Source of the DNA: a virus
Virus record (IMG/VR): IMGVR_UViG_3300036780_000209
Location: 32,001-96,000 of that record
Strand: one strand, 5' to 3'
DNA length: 64,000 nucleotides
Made by a program: the position numbers and the translations under genes. The notes under the pieces were generated by a model, which had not been told where the DNA came from, did no database searches, and worked only from the letters and a program-made list of their open reading frames with translations. Of the stretch, positions 46,511 through 56,638 are shown in pieces (the first letter of the stretch is position 1; every line of letters starts with the position of its first letter).

Positions 46511-47428
46511 TCAGGAGGAGGAGGGTGCGCTGGCCGCGTCCTGCAGCCGCGTCTTGAAGGCGTCGAGCTTGGCCTGATCGACTTCCGCGCCAGACTCAGG
46601 GTCGGACGCAGCGGCATGCACCTCAGCGCCGCCATCGCCGTCGGTGAAGTCACCGGGGACGAAGAACCGGCGGTAGTACTCGGCAGATGCCTGCTCGACG
46701 ACGGAGGCGAAGATATCGATCTTCATGACCTCCATGGCGTCGGTATACGTCTTCCAGGAAGGAGTGCCCGGCGCATGGTCCGCCGTCGGGGGAAGCGGGG
46801 TGATGATGTAGTCGTTGACCTGCCGGGCGATCCGCCAGTCCTTGTTGACGACGGTGTTGTCCAGGAACGCGCCGGCCTTCATGGCGGAGAAGAAGTTGCC
46901 CCACCGCTGGCTGATGACGCGGAACGCCGGCACGCGGTGCTTCGAGCCCTTGGCGTCCGACCATTCCTCGGTGACATCACGCATGGCGACGATCGCGCCC
47001 GCATCGTTGGTGACGGGCTCGCGCAGGACGCAGAGCGCGAACACCATCGGGGCGGCGTTGGACTTGGGCTTGTTGTACCGGTCGAGCACGCCGGCCATGT
47101 TCTCGTGAATCCAGCAGTGGCCCATCCCGGCCTCGTAGGTCGCGGGCTCGACGGGCTTGCCGGCCTCATCATAGATGAGGAACATCGGGTCGTTCTGGCA
47201 GGTCGCCGACATCAGCGCGGGCCACTTGCCGGTGTACCCGGAGGGCTGGTTCTTGGTGGGGATCGCCGGGTGGGTATCGGCGTTCACCCAGTCCGCGCAG
47301 TCATCGATCATGCGGACGTAGACCGGGGGATCCCCGTCCTTGATCCGGAGGAACTCAACGCGGCCCGCGCCGCCGGTCTTGGCGGACTGCTCGGCCTGCT
47401 CTGCGCCCTTGCGTGCGACTGGCATCAT
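46511..47428 (-). CDS. probable ssDNA-binding protein (gp32-like)
   Basis: FLRIKDGD..YVRM N-terminus, acidic C-terminal tail, adjacent to DnaE. Confidence 0.55.
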   Translation of the reverse strand: MMPVARKGAEQAEQSAKTGGAGRVEFLRIKDGDPPVYVRMIDDCADWVNADTHPAIPTKNQPSGYTGKWPALMSATCQNDPMFLIYDEAGKPVEPATYEAGMGHCWIHENMAGVLDRYNKPKSNAAPMVFALCVLREPVTNDAGAIVAMRDVTEEWSDAKGSKHRVPAFRVISQRWGNFFSAMKAGAFLDNTVVNKDWRIARQVNDYIITPLPPTADHAPGTPSWKTYTDAMEVMKIDIFASVVEQASAEYYRRFFVPGDFTDGDGGAEVHAAASDPESGAEVDQAKLDAFKTRLQDAASAPSSS

Positions 47429-48363
47429 TCACCTCGTATGCTCTTGGAGCCCTTGTACCCGTTAACGGCCTCAGTTGCCAGGGTGGGTGTGGGTGGCTCG
47501 TTGTTAGCGAGAAAGACGATACACAAGTTGCTGCTGGTGCGCCAGAGACGGAAGTGTTTTCCTGCAAAGAATCCGACGGCGAACTGAACCTGCAGGTCAG
47601 CGGCACTGAACGCCTCGATGAGCATCTGCTGCCAGGGGCCGAGCACCTCGCCAGGGCGGCGCGGCAGCGTCGCGCCCTCCATCATGTACCAGCCCCACCT
47701 GGTCTCCCATTCCGAGATCGTCGAGCCCAGGGCGGAAGCGGGATCAGCATCCTGCGGGGGCTCCTCGTCCATGACCCGGCCAGACGCGTCGGTGCTCCCG
47801 CGCGCCGCCATGATGTAGCCCCGCTCGGTGAGCACGGATACGTAATCCACCGCGTGGCCGCTGCGCTCCGTCCTCCTGGCAGCCTCGCGGGCCGCCTCGC
47901 GCCGGAGCGCCTCCCTGCCCTCGTCATCGAGCCAGTCGCCATCCAGGGGGACCGCGTCATAGGCCTGGCGGATCCGGTCGTTGATGAGCTGCTTGAAGGC
48001 GTAAGTGAGGTGCTCGTCCTCCGGCCCCCCGGCTGCTGCGTACGCATCCCGCAGCTCGGCCCTGGTGGCCGTCCAGGGCACTCCCAGGCGGGCATAGTAG
48101 CCGCGAACGTCCCAGGAGTGAGACGGCCATGGCTGGAGGGCCGTAGAGCTGGAGCACGCCGCCGGGCCGCCGCCCCTCAGGTCGATGAGCGCCTCCCTGA
48201 CCACCTCCGGCGGCCGGGTGACCGTCGTGGTCCAGCGGTCCGGGGCCTCCGGGTCCGGGGTCACCCAGAATGCACTGTTGGCACTCCGCAGGATGCGCAG
48301 GTAATGCTGGACGTAGCGCTCGCCGAGCAGCTCGTCCAGTTGCAGGTCCTGGCCGGACGGCAA
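47425..48363 (-). CDS. degenerate J-domain protein
   Basis: GYYARLGVPWTATRAELRDAY...YAFKQL...RQAYD; no HPD motif. Confidence 0.6.
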   Translation of the reverse strand: MPSGQDLQLDELLGERYVQHYLRILRSANSAFWVTPDPEAPDRWTTTVTRPPEVVREALIDLRGGGPAACSSSTALQPWPSHSWDVRGYYARLGVPWTATRAELRDAYAAAGGPEDEHLTYAFKQLINDRIRQAYDAVPLDGDWLDDEGREALRREAAREAARRTERSGHAVDYVSVLTERGYIMAARGSTDASGRVMDEEPPQDADPASALGSTISEWETRWGWYMMEGATLPRRPGEVLGPWQQMLIEAFSAADLQVQFAVGFFAGKHFRLWRTSSNLCIVFLANNEPPTPTLATEAVNGYKGSKSIRGE

Positions 48364-48930
48364 TTACTCGTCCTGGTCGGCGGCCGTGTTCTCGTCGGCC
48401 AGGGCTGTCTCGTCCGAACCGTCCCAGGTGTCGGCCGAGCCTTCCTTGACCAGGGCTTCATCCGGCCCGTCGCCCTCGACTCCCAGTACCGCGCCTGTCA
48501 CCGCGCCTGTCTTTCGGATGCTCATGTTTTCCCCTTCGCTTTCCTCGTCATCGTACAGATCATCATCACCGATGGCCACGAGCTGATATTCCGGGCCAGG
48601 AGACGACACCTCTTCCATCCAGGTGAAACTGCACGTGATGCATCTCTTGCAGAGGTGCTCTCCCAGGGTCTCGATGCCCAGGGCATAGGCATTGATCGTC
48701 AGGGAATAACACGGGAATGCAGGATGGCTCTGCTGAATTACCCCGCGAGAATGATAGAACACGTCCGTCCGGTCCCCCGCGCATTTAGCGCATACTGCCA
48801 TAGGATCATTACGCATAAATGCCAGGCGCTTTTTACCCCCTGCGGCCACCGGGGGCGCTGTGTTTTCCGGGAGCGCAGGGGCTGCTTCGAGGGCAGGCCG
48901 CTCTGAGATGGTCATATAACTCTCCGTCAC
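48364..48930 (-). CDS. hypothetical Zn-ribbon protein (may be two genes)
   Basis: CAKC...HLCKRCITC; internal GAAGGGG+ATG near 48525. Confidence 0.55.
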   Translation of the reverse strand: MTESYMTISERPALEAAPALPENTAPPVAAGGKKRLAFMRNDPMAVCAKCAGDRTDVFYHSRGVIQQSHPAFPCYSLTINAYALGIETLGEHLCKRCITCSFTWMEEVSSPGPEYQLVAIGDDDLYDDEESEGENMSIRKTGAVTGAVLGVEGDGPDEALVKEGSADTWDGSDETALADENTAADQDE

Positions 48931-49015
48931 ATCTTGGATACACGCGTCCTGAGTTCAGCTCATTATGGGAATCCAGCGCCCCACTGCGCCCCTGCGCCCC
49001 CGATGATCTTGTAAG

Positions 49016-51460
49016 CTACCCTGGTCCGGCGACGACGCCGCGCACCTGCATCGTCGGGAAGCCGCGCCAGTTATGCGGGGTAATATATTCGTGGCCTTTC
49101 TTCTGCAATGCCTCCGTAAGGCCGCGCTGGGCACCGGGCGCATAACCGCGCTCCTTCGCCCAGTACTGGTAGGCGGCGAAGATCTCCCCAGCCGACCGGC
49201 CCATGCACTTGGAGGCCCGTGGCAGCCCGGTGTCAAGGCAGTCGGCGATGAACTGGCCGATGACATCCTCTTCCATCCGGTAGGCCTCCTTGGCCTTCTC
49301 CGCATGCGACGGAGTCAGCAGGCCGTCCTCCTGCCAGGACAGCGTCCCGCTGATGATCCAGTTCAGGATCCCCGAGGACTCCTCGCGGATCAGCTTCTCG
49401 GCGAGCAGGCCGTCCCGCTCATGCGGCGGGATGGTCTCGCTCCAGGGGATCAGGTGCACGCGCCGCCAGGTGGCCTCGTCGTCGCTCAGGTGCGGCAGGT
49501 GGTTCGAGGTCAGGTGGATCTTGCCGACGGGCCGGAACTCGAAGAACTCGCCCCTCATGAACCGGGCCGAGACGGTGTCTCCCCCGGTGAGCTGCTTGAC
49601 CCGCTGCTCGTCCAGGCTCTTGCCGGCCTTGGTCTCGCTGGCCTGCAGGTAACGACGGCCGGCCATCCGGGCGATGTCGTTAGGCACCTGCCCGTCAAGC
49701 TGGGTGGACAGGAGCGTCTCCACGGGCACGGTCTGGGCGTAGGTCCCCAGGACATGGCTGATCACGGAGTGGAACACGGACTTGCCGTTGGCCCCGCCGC
49801 CGTAGTGAAGGAAGATCACCTGCTCGGTCATCAGCGCGGTGGCGCTGTAGCCGGTAAGGCGCTGGAGGTAGGCCCGCATGTCGGGATCGGGCTGGACGCG
49901 CCGGAGGAACGCGTCCCATGCCGGGGCCGGAGCCTGGCGGTTGTAGATGCCACGGCACTGCATGGTCATCCGCTGGTCGCAGTCGTGTGCCAGCTTGGCC
50001 CCGTCCGTCAGGTTCACCACCCCGCCCAGCGCGTTGAGCAGCAGGGGCTCCGGGTCGAAGCTCCGCTGGCTGATGCGCATGAGCGGGATGCCCTTCGCGA
50101 GATCGGCTGCCGACCCGATCGCCTTCCGGGTGTGCTGGGACTTCACCCAGTCAAGGAACTGCTGCCGTGGCGACCGGAAGTCCTTGTCGCCCTCGTCCGG
50201 CTCGGTGTCCAGGGCCAGGGCCTCGGTGTTCTCCAGGTTGCGGAACATGACCTGGGCGAACCAGGTGCCTGACTCCTTGAAGTGAGGCTCCCAGACCCCG
50301 CCCTCGTAAGCCATCCACGTGTTGCGCTCCGGGCACCACCGCAGCGTGTCGCCGAAGTGGTCCACCATCCGGTCAGCGTTGCCGAACTCGGTCCAGGCGC
50401 GCAGCGGCCAGGTGGTCCCGTCGATGTTCCACTGGACCTCCCGGGGCCGCAGGAGGCCCTTGCGCCAGCCGGAGTTGAACGTGGGCCGGATCTCGTGGTC
50501 AGACAGGCCGACGGCCAGGGCGGCATCATGCAGGGCCGTCCAGGCCTCCTCCTCGCTGATCATGCCCGCGCCGCCCAGGGTGCCCAGGCGGAAGGCGCAT
50601 TCGTTCAGGCGGTTGTTCCTGTCCCCCGACGGGGCGTTCCTCAGGTCCTCGGCAACGCTCCTGATCGCCGCCTCGCTGTAGCGGCGGTAGTAGCCGACGC
50701 CGGCCCGGGGCTCCGCGCCGGCCGAGATCTCCCCTCGCTGGCCGGTGTCGTGAGTGCGGAGCATCTCGGTGAGCCACGTGGGTGCCTCGGCGATGGGCAG
50801 GTCATGCGCCGGGTTCATCAGGTAGTCGCCCTTGGCCGACCTGGAGGGAGGCGCGACTACCTGGCCGGCCTCGCCCCGGATGTCGAGCCCCTCGCCGAGC
50901 ACCTTCCTGGCCGAGTTGCGCACTTCGAAACCGGGATGGTGGAAGAAGTAGTGCCGCCCCCCGGAACCGGTGATGTGAATCCGGGTCGGCGGGATCTCGC
51001 CGTACCTGGCTTCGTACCTCGCCAGGGTGGCATCTCCGCCATTGTCCGGGTCCACGTCCAGGACGAAGATGTCCGAGCCCTTGCCGGTGGCGATCCCGAG
51101 GTTGGCCAGCGGCCACCATTCCTCCGGGAGCGCCTCGGCCGGCTGCGCCCGCCACCAGAGGACCGCGTCCACCGTGTCGGAAGTGGCGACTCCGGGCCAG
51201 TCCAGGTGGACCGGGTGCTTGCCCGGGCTCGGGCACTCAGCTCCCCGGGGGCACTGGCAGTCGTCACTGTCGGTCACGCCGTAAATCGGCAGCACCCGCC
51301 AGCCGAAGCTCGTGTACCGCTCGGCGGCCTGGCGCAGCTCCTGGCGGCGCTGGTCCTGGTCGGCGGTCAGGTTCCCCGGGTCATTGGCGAAGTTCTCCGC
51401 CACGATGAGTTCAGGAACCCCCTGCGTCTCCTGAACCTCAGGAACCTCAGCGTCAGACAT
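49016..51460 (-). CDS. Prim-Pol primase fused to D5/SF3 helicase
   Basis: GKHP, NLGIATG, VLDVD, TGSGGRHYFF, LDIRG..VVAPPS; GGGANGKS, VKQLTGGD. Confidence 0.92.
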   Translation of the reverse strand: MSDAEVPEVQETQGVPELIVAENFANDPGNLTADQDQRRQELRQAAERYTSFGWRVLPIYGVTDSDDCQCPRGAECPSPGKHPVHLDWPGVATSDTVDAVLWWRAQPAEALPEEWWPLANLGIATGKGSDIFVLDVDPDNGGDATLARYEARYGEIPPTRIHITGSGGRHYFFHHPGFEVRNSARKVLGEGLDIRGEAGQVVAPPSRSAKGDYLMNPAHDLPIAEAPTWLTEMLRTHDTGQRGEISAGAEPRAGVGYYRRYSEAAIRSVAEDLRNAPSGDRNNRLNECAFRLGTLGGAGMISEEEAWTALHDAALAVGLSDHEIRPTFNSGWRKGLLRPREVQWNIDGTTWPLRAWTEFGNADRMVDHFGDTLRWCPERNTWMAYEGGVWEPHFKESGTWFAQVMFRNLENTEALALDTEPDEGDKDFRSPRQQFLDWVKSQHTRKAIGSAADLAKGIPLMRISQRSFDPEPLLLNALGGVVNLTDGAKLAHDCDQRMTMQCRGIYNRQAPAPAWDAFLRRVQPDPDMRAYLQRLTGYSATALMTEQVIFLHYGGGANGKSVFHSVISHVLGTYAQTVPVETLLSTQLDGQVPNDIARMAGRRYLQASETKAGKSLDEQRVKQLTGGDTVSARFMRGEFFEFRPVGKIHLTSNHLPHLSDDEATWRRVHLIPWSETIPPHERDGLLAEKLIREESSGILNWIISGTLSWQEDGLLTPSHAEKAKEAYRMEEDVIGQFIADCLDTGLPRASKCMGRSAGEIFAAYQYWAKERGYAPGAQRGLTEALQKKGHEYITPHNWRGFPTMQVRGVVAGPG

Positions 51461-51498
51461 GCGGCTACCCCTCTCCTTGCCAGCGAAGAAAAACAGGC

Positions 51499-51870
51499 TC
51501 AGCCGCAGAGCTGCCCGAGAATAGCCCGGGCGAAGAACTCATCGTTGCTCTCGGAAAACCTGCGGATAGTAATGGGAGCGCCCATCCAGCGCCCCGAGTG
51601 AACTTCGTAAGCTGCCCGGGCAATCATTACGCCATCAGCACCGAACCGGCTCAGGAATTCACTCGCGATCTTCTCTTCCCTATTGCAGGGAACCTGCGGC
51701 CCGCACAGCCGCGAAGTTTCCTCCCGGATAAAGAAAAGAAGATCTGCGGCAGACCATTCGCTGCCGTCAAGCTGGGCCAGATCCGCGACGCGGTCGCTGA
51801 CCGGGGTGATGACGAGTGAATCCGCGATAGCGACAGCGGGCTCGCCCTGGAGAAGACGGGACTCGGGCAC
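51499..51870 (-). CDS. hypothetical protein
   Basis: RBS GGAGG+GTG. Confidence 0.6.
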   Translation of the reverse strand: MPESRLLQGEPAVAIADSLVITPVSDRVADLAQLDGSEWSAADLLFFIREETSRLCGPQVPCNREEKIASEFLSRFGADGVMIARAAYEVHSGRWMGAPITIRRFSESNDEFFARAILGQLCG

Positions 51871-51979
51871 CTACACCTCCGGGGCAGCAGCTACAGGGCT
51901 CGTAAGCAGGGAAGACCGGGCACCCGGAGGCTATCTCGTCAACCCGTGAGGGGGAGACTAAGCCCCCGGCGCACCGGAG

Positions 51980-52837
51980 TCAAGCGTACTTCCGCCACAG
52001 CCTTCCCTCGTCCATCCTGGCCAGGAGAGACGCCATCTCGAAGCGCCTCAGGAAATCCCCCAGCTCGGGCCGGTCAGCCGCCGGATCCCACTTCAATGCG
52101 TCATCAATGTCCTCTGGAAGACCATCCGCATTCCAGAAGTCAAGGTTCATGACGGAATAGTAAATGGCCGCATTACCCCTGGCCTCCAGCCCGAGCGGAA
52201 GATTGCTTATCCTCCAGTCAGCTTCTCCCAGCAGCTTCCAGGCTTTCTTCGGTCCTATCCCCGGCACCCCCGGGATCCCGTCGCTCTTGTCCCCGGAGAG
52301 AGCGCGCAGCACCGGTACCTGGGGCGGCTCGCAGCCGTAATGGGAGCGCACCTTCTCCAGGTCCCAGGCTGACCCGTCATTCCAGGAGGAGATCACCGTC
52401 GTGCTGCCGTCCACGAGCTGGTGCAGGTCATGATCGTCAGTGAAGACGAAGACCCGTGCCCCGGGCATTTCCCTGCGGACCCTGCGCCAGATGGTGGCAA
52501 TCACGTCATCTGCCTCGAATGAGTCAGATGAATGCTGGAAAATCCCGGCGGCCGAGCAGGCCTCCCGGGCCAGGTCGAACTGACGGCCGCCGGAGAAGGG
52601 CTCGCGCCCGGCCTTGTAGCCCGGGAATATCTCAGTGCGGTCCCGACGGCCGTGAAATCCGTCCCAGGCCACCGCGACGTGGGACGGCGAGAACTCCCTC
52701 AGGCGGCGGCTCAGCGAGTTCAGGAAGAAGTAGAGCGGGCCGGTGGGTACTCCCCCGGCCCGCAGCGGCGAGGCCGCTCCTACCTTGCAGCAGCGCACGA
52801 GCAGGCCGGTGCCGTCGAACAGCGCCACTGTCTGCAT
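51980..52837 (-). CDS. 5'-3' exonuclease (PolA N-terminal/FEN-like)
   Basis: LFDG, VAWDG, YKAGR, FEADDVIAT, DHDLHQL, GDKSDGIPGVPGIGPKKA. Confidence 0.92.
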   Translation of the reverse strand: MQTVALFDGTGLLVRCCKVGAASPLRAGGVPTGPLYFFLNSLSRRLREFSPSHVAVAWDGFHGRRDRTEIFPGYKAGREPFSGGRQFDLAREACSAAGIFQHSSDSFEADDVIATIWRRVRREMPGARVFVFTDDHDLHQLVDGSTTVISSWNDGSAWDLEKVRSHYGCEPPQVPVLRALSGDKSDGIPGVPGIGPKKAWKLLGEADWRISNLPLGLEARGNAAIYYSVMNLDFWNADGLPEDIDDALKWDPAADRPELGDFLRRFEMASLLARMDEGRLWRKYA

Positions 52838-53302
52838 CTAACCCTCCAGGATGTGCCACAGGCGGGCTTCCCACTTCACGAGCTGGATCGCGGCGCGGAG
52901 CTTCTCCTCGGAGATCGAGCCGAAGGAGAACAGGCTGTAGGCCATCGGCTCGATGTCGGCCAGGGTGAAGAACCGCGCTGACAGGTCATTCTCCCGGGCC
53001 TCGGCCGGCTTGCCGTAAGACGCCTGGCGGCTGAACTCCATGCGCTGGCCGTTCAGGACGAAATAGGTGTCCGGGTGGTCCTTGTCTGGCTTCATCTTGA
53101 GCCGCAGCCAGGACCCGCTGTAGCCGAAGAATACCCTGGCCACCTGCTCGACCGTGAAGATGAGCTTGGGCCGCCCGTTCTTGTCGAGCAGGATCATGTC
53201 GGGCATCACCCAGAAAAGGCGATCGGCAGGTGCCAGGCTCCCGGAAGCCCCGGCCTCGGCGGTCTCGGTCTCAGCCCCGGCGACTACCTCGGTGTCGGTC
53301 AT
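52838..53302 (-). CDS. probable DNA-binding (MerR/Xis-like HTH) protein
   Basis: FTVEQVARVFFGYSGSWLR...ARFFTLADIE. Confidence 0.55.
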   Translation of the reverse strand: MTDTEVVAGAETETAEAGASGSLAPADRLFWVMPDMILLDKNGRPKLIFTVEQVARVFFGYSGSWLRLKMKPDKDHPDTYFVLNGQRMEFSRQASYGKPAEARENDLSARFFTLADIEPMAYSLFSFGSISEEKLRAAIQLVKWEARLWHILEG

Positions 53303-53380
53303 GTCGGTCCTCTCCTGGTAAAGCGGACTGGCCGCACGGGCGGATTCCCGTGCGGCCAGCTTCCCGCTCTGTCATTTCCC

Positions 53381-54130
53381 TTACCGCACGGGCAGGGTGA
53401 GCTGCGAGTTGGGCTCCTCGCGGGTGGTGAGCGCCCGCAGGATGGCCGGCCCGCGCTCCGGGTTCTTGCGGATGAAGGTCATCATCTTGCCAGAGTCGAA
53501 CGGGCGGTCAGCGCGGGTAATGCCCAGGTACTCGCGCTGGGTGATCACGTCCTGGTCCCGCAGGTCGCGCAGGAGCTGGCCGCTCGGGCTGACCTTGACG
53601 CCGCCGCTGACGTAGATCTGCTTCCACCCGGTCGTGAAGCCCTTCACGATGACCTCGGCTGCCTTCTGGGCCGACGCCAGGAGATAGTGGCCCTTGAGGT
53701 TGCGCTGGGTGGCGGAGACGCCCCGGCGCGACTTCGAGATAGCGGCAGCCGTCTCCTCGGCATCCACGTCCATGTGGACGCGCATCATCTCGCGGAGGTA
53801 CTCCACCCTGGCCTTGAGGATCTTCTCCAGCACGGACAGGACGACCGCCTCGTCCGAGGCCCTCTCGACCTCCTCTGCCGTCAGCGACCGGCGGTCCTTG
53901 ATGCTGACGCTCCCGAAGACCTGCTCCACCCGGGCCAGGGCATCCCGGGCAGCCGGGGTAAGCTCCACGTCCTTCGGCAGGCCGGGGAACGGCCTCGCAG
54001 CCGTCTCGTCAGCGGAGATCGCCGGAACGAGGAGGAGGGCCAGCCCCTCCATCGTGAGGGATTCATCGTGCTGGGCCAGGGCGATGATCCCGGCGGCAAC
54101 GGGAGCAAGCTCAGTGGTGGTGGTCGTCAT
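53381..54130 (-). CDS. hypothetical protein
   Basis: RBS GGAGG; directly after boxed promoter. Confidence 0.75.
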   Translation of the reverse strand: MTTTTTELAPVAAGIIALAQHDESLTMEGLALLLVPAISADETAARPFPGLPKDVELTPAARDALARVEQVFGSVSIKDRRSLTAEEVERASDEAVVLSVLEKILKARVEYLREMMRVHMDVDAEETAAAISKSRRGVSATQRNLKGHYLLASAQKAAEVIVKGFTTGWKQIYVSGGVKVSPSGQLLRDLRDQDVITQREYLGITRADRPFDSGKMMTFIRKNPERGPAILRALTTREEPNSQLTLPVR

Positions 54131-54157
54131 GTGGTCTCCTCCGGGTTGGCTGAGACA

Positions 54158-54187
54158 AGATTATCAAGAAACCTTGCAATCAGTCAA
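54158..54187 (-). promoter_or_regulatory. sigma70-type promoter with palindromic box
   Basis: Minus strand TTGACT-18-TAATCT; box at 54163-54178; second box at 54274-54289. Confidence 0.8.
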
Positions 54188-54288
54188 CACTAAGGCCGGG
54201 CTCGGAAGCCCGGCCTCAGCGCCATCTCGAAGGAGGCCCGCCCGGAGTCGGAACCCGGCCGGACAAGGTTCAGTATAAGGAACCTTGC

Positions 54289-54654
54289 TCAGGCAAGCGA
54301 GGTGGGGTTGTCCTTCGCGTGCCCGGGACGCGTCCGTGGCGCTCCCAGGCCGCCCGGGAATTTCGTCATGATGAGCCCTCCCGACCCGGTGAGCCCCAGG
54401 GGCTTGAGCAGCCCGGAATGCATGACGGCCGCGATGGTGAAGGAGATCAGCGTCCAGATCCCGGCCTGCGTGAAGGTGACGCTGCCCCCGCTCTGGATGA
54501 GGGCATTGGCAATTCCGGCGACCACGGAAAGCCCGGCGAGGATCAGCGTCTTCACCCGCGCCGAGGCTGCCTGGTGCGCCAGGAAGGCCGTGAGGGCCGG
54601 CAGCGCGGTGGAGATCAGGAAGTTCAGGTAGAGAAGCGGAATATGAATTGTCAT
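54289..54654 (-). CDS. holin-like membrane protein
   Basis: Three TM segments; LISTALPALTAFL...AAVMHSGLLKPLG; last gene of the tail/lysis operon. Confidence 0.65.
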   Translation of the reverse strand: MTIHIPLLYLNFLISTALPALTAFLAHQAASARVKTLILAGLSVVAGIANALIQSGGSVTFTQAGIWTLISFTIAAVMHSGLLKPLGLTGSGGLIMTKFPGGLGAPRTRPGHAKDNPTSLA

Positions 54655-56513
54655 TAATCAAATGTCCCGTCTTCGAGATCCTGCGTGACCACGTAGGATT
54701 CTGCCACATGCGACTCGCGAATATCCATGAGCCGCTTTTCCGAAATAGCCTCCCAGGTGACCCGCGCATTTCCGGTGATCGTGATCCGCTGCTCCGGCGG
54801 CGTGACCGAGCCCCCTGCGGCAAGGGTCCCCTGAGCGATCAGCGCAGCCGATGCTGCGGCCGTCGCGAAGGCCGAGGCGGCCAGGGTGCCCGTGCCGGAC
54901 AGGTGCACCGCGACGGAGTCGATCGCCGAGGCGGTGAGGGTCCCGGTACCGGACAATGCGGCGGCACCCAGCCTGGTGACCGTTCCGGCAGCCGTCATCG
55001 TGGCAGCGGCCGACAGGGCGGCGGCGGCCGTCTCCGTCACCAGGGCACCGGCTGCCAGCGTTCCCGTGCCGCTCAGGGCCGCCGATGCCAGGACCGTGCG
55101 GACGGCCGTGACGGTGAGGGTCCCGGTGCCGCTGAGCGCCGCCGACGTGACCTCGGTCACCACGGCGCTGAGCGTCAGGGTACCGGTGCCGCTGAGGGCA
55201 GCCGAGGCCTGCCAGGTGATCTTCGCCACCGGCACCTGGAAGATCCGCTGCCGTCGGCGCGGGGATGCGAACCGGCGCAGCGGGGGCGCGGCGGCCTGCC
55301 GGGTCCACAGCGGGAACTGAGCGCCCTGGTTCGCCTGGGGACGCACCGGGACGGCCGTCCTGGCGCGAGCTGCGCGCTTGCCGAGCTGGAACGCCTGGCG
55401 GAGGCGCTGCGGCTCGTACTGCAGGTTGAGCGGGAACCCCTGGGCTCCCTGCGGGGGGACCGGGAGGAAGACCCGGCCGCGCCGCGTGAACAGGATGCCC
55501 GGCCGCCTGAACGGCGAGCGTCGCGTGAATAGAGGGAAGGCCGTGCCCTGGCCGGCCTGCGGGAAAGGCGGCCCGAAAACCCGGGTGCGGCGGATGTAGG
55601 GAACCGCCACCCGCTGCCTGGCGCTGCGCCGGATGAAGGCCGGGAAGGACCGCGCCTGCTGGCCCTGGCCCCACGGAGGCTGGGCGAACCGGGTGCGGAT
55701 GATGGCCTTCGGCCACTGCGGCTGCCTGCGGCGGAAGTTCTGGCGAGCCGCGATGCGCCCTTCTGGAAGAGGCCCCTGCCCGGGCGGCGCGATGAAGTAG
55801 CGCCCCCTGCGCAGCCGGGGGGCGAGCCGCCGGGCACCAGCCGAGCGGAAGGCTCCCCAGGAGACGGGATTGGCGACGGCCAGGCCGAGAAGCAGAGCCG
55901 CGCTGAACTGGTTCTGGCTAGTGGTGCCGGCTGCCGTGTGGGGTCCGGTCGCGGCGGCGACCTTGTCTCCCAGCATGATGCCGACGTTGTTCCCGCTGGC
56001 GGTGCCCGTGCTCTGGGCGACCCTGGAGGCGAAGCCGGCGGCCACCGTCATGACCGGGGTGCCGCCCCCGGACGGATCCTGTACCGACCCGAACCACAGG
56101 AGCTGAGAGTTCGGGTACAGCGTCTGCATGGTCTGCGGGGTGACTGACCCGGAGATCCCGTTGACCTGACCGCTGTACGCCTGGTCATCGAACAGGATGA
56201 TCTGGTCCACGTTCCCGTAGGAGCAGATCACCAGGCCCGCGTTGGTGACCCCGGAGGAGCTGACTGCGTACGTGGACGGCTCGGAGCCGTTGTCGAGCTT
56301 CCACAGGAGCTGGGCGGACATGCCGCTGCCCGAGGCGGGGGCAACGGCGTTGAAGCCCGGGGCGGACCAGGTAATCCCGTTATCCGGAGACGTGTTCCAG
56401 ATGAGGATGAGGTCGCTCTCAAGCGACCCGGCCGGGTGCCCGGCAGTGAGCGACGTGCCAGGTGCCGAGGCGACGACGGCAGCCGACCCCGAGCGGAGAA
56501 TGGGGTTGCCCAA
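54654..56513 (-). CDS. tail/fiber-associated virion protein with repeats
   Basis: Beta-rich N-terminal domain, Arg-rich middle, SAALSGTGTLT repeats. Confidence 0.6.
   Translation of the reverse strand: MGNPILRSGSAAVVASAPGTSLTAGHPAGSLESDLILIWNTSPDNGITWSAPGFNAVAPASGSGMSAQLLWKLDNGSEPSTYAVSSSGVTNAGLVICSYGNVDQIILFDDQAYSGQVNGISGSVTPQTMQTLYPNSQLLWFGSVQDPSGGGTPVMTVAAGFASRVAQSTGTASGNNVGIMLGDKVAAATGPHTAAGTTSQNQFSAALLLGLAVANPVSWGAFRSAGARRLAPRLRRGRYFIAPPGQGPLPEGRIAARQNFRRRQPQWPKAIIRTRFAQPPWGQGQQARSFPAFIRRSARQRVAVPYIRRTRVFGPPFPQAGQGTAFPLFTRRSPFRRPGILFTRRGRVFLPVPPQGAQGFPLNLQYEPQRLRQAFQLGKRAARARTAVPVRPQANQGAQFPLWTRQAAAPPLRRFASPRRRQRIFQVPVAKITWQASAALSGTGTLTLSAVVTEVTSAALSGTGTLTVTAVRTVLASAALSGTGTLAAGALVTETAAAALSAAATMTAAGTVTRLGAAALSGTGTLTASAIDSVAVHLSGTGTLAASAFATAAASAALIAQGTLAAGGSVTPPEQRITITGNARVTWEAISEKRLMDIRESHVAESYVVTQDLEDGTFD
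54800..55210 (-). repeat. ~60-63-nt coding tandem repeat (AALSGTGTLT), about 7 copies
   Basis: Seen in the translation and in DNA (ggtgccgctgag/cccggt units). Confidence 0.85.
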
Positions 56514-56576
56514 TTCAGTGACCTCCGCTCGTTACCCCGGCTCCTGTCCCTTCCCGGGCCTGCCCGGGAATGCGGA

Positions 56577-56609
56577 AGCCCCGCGCCTGCCCGTACCAGG
56601 CGCGGGGCT
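56577..56609 (-). terminator. GC-rich hairpin
   Basis: agccccgcgcctg-cccgtac-caggcgcggggct. Confidence 0.6.
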
Positions 56610-56638
56610 CCGAAGGTGAGCGGCCCGAGGGCCTCAGC

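Noticed and set aside
43050-51460. Inteins in DnaE or primase-helicase
   Set aside because: Normal lengths; no C/S...HN splice motifs seen.
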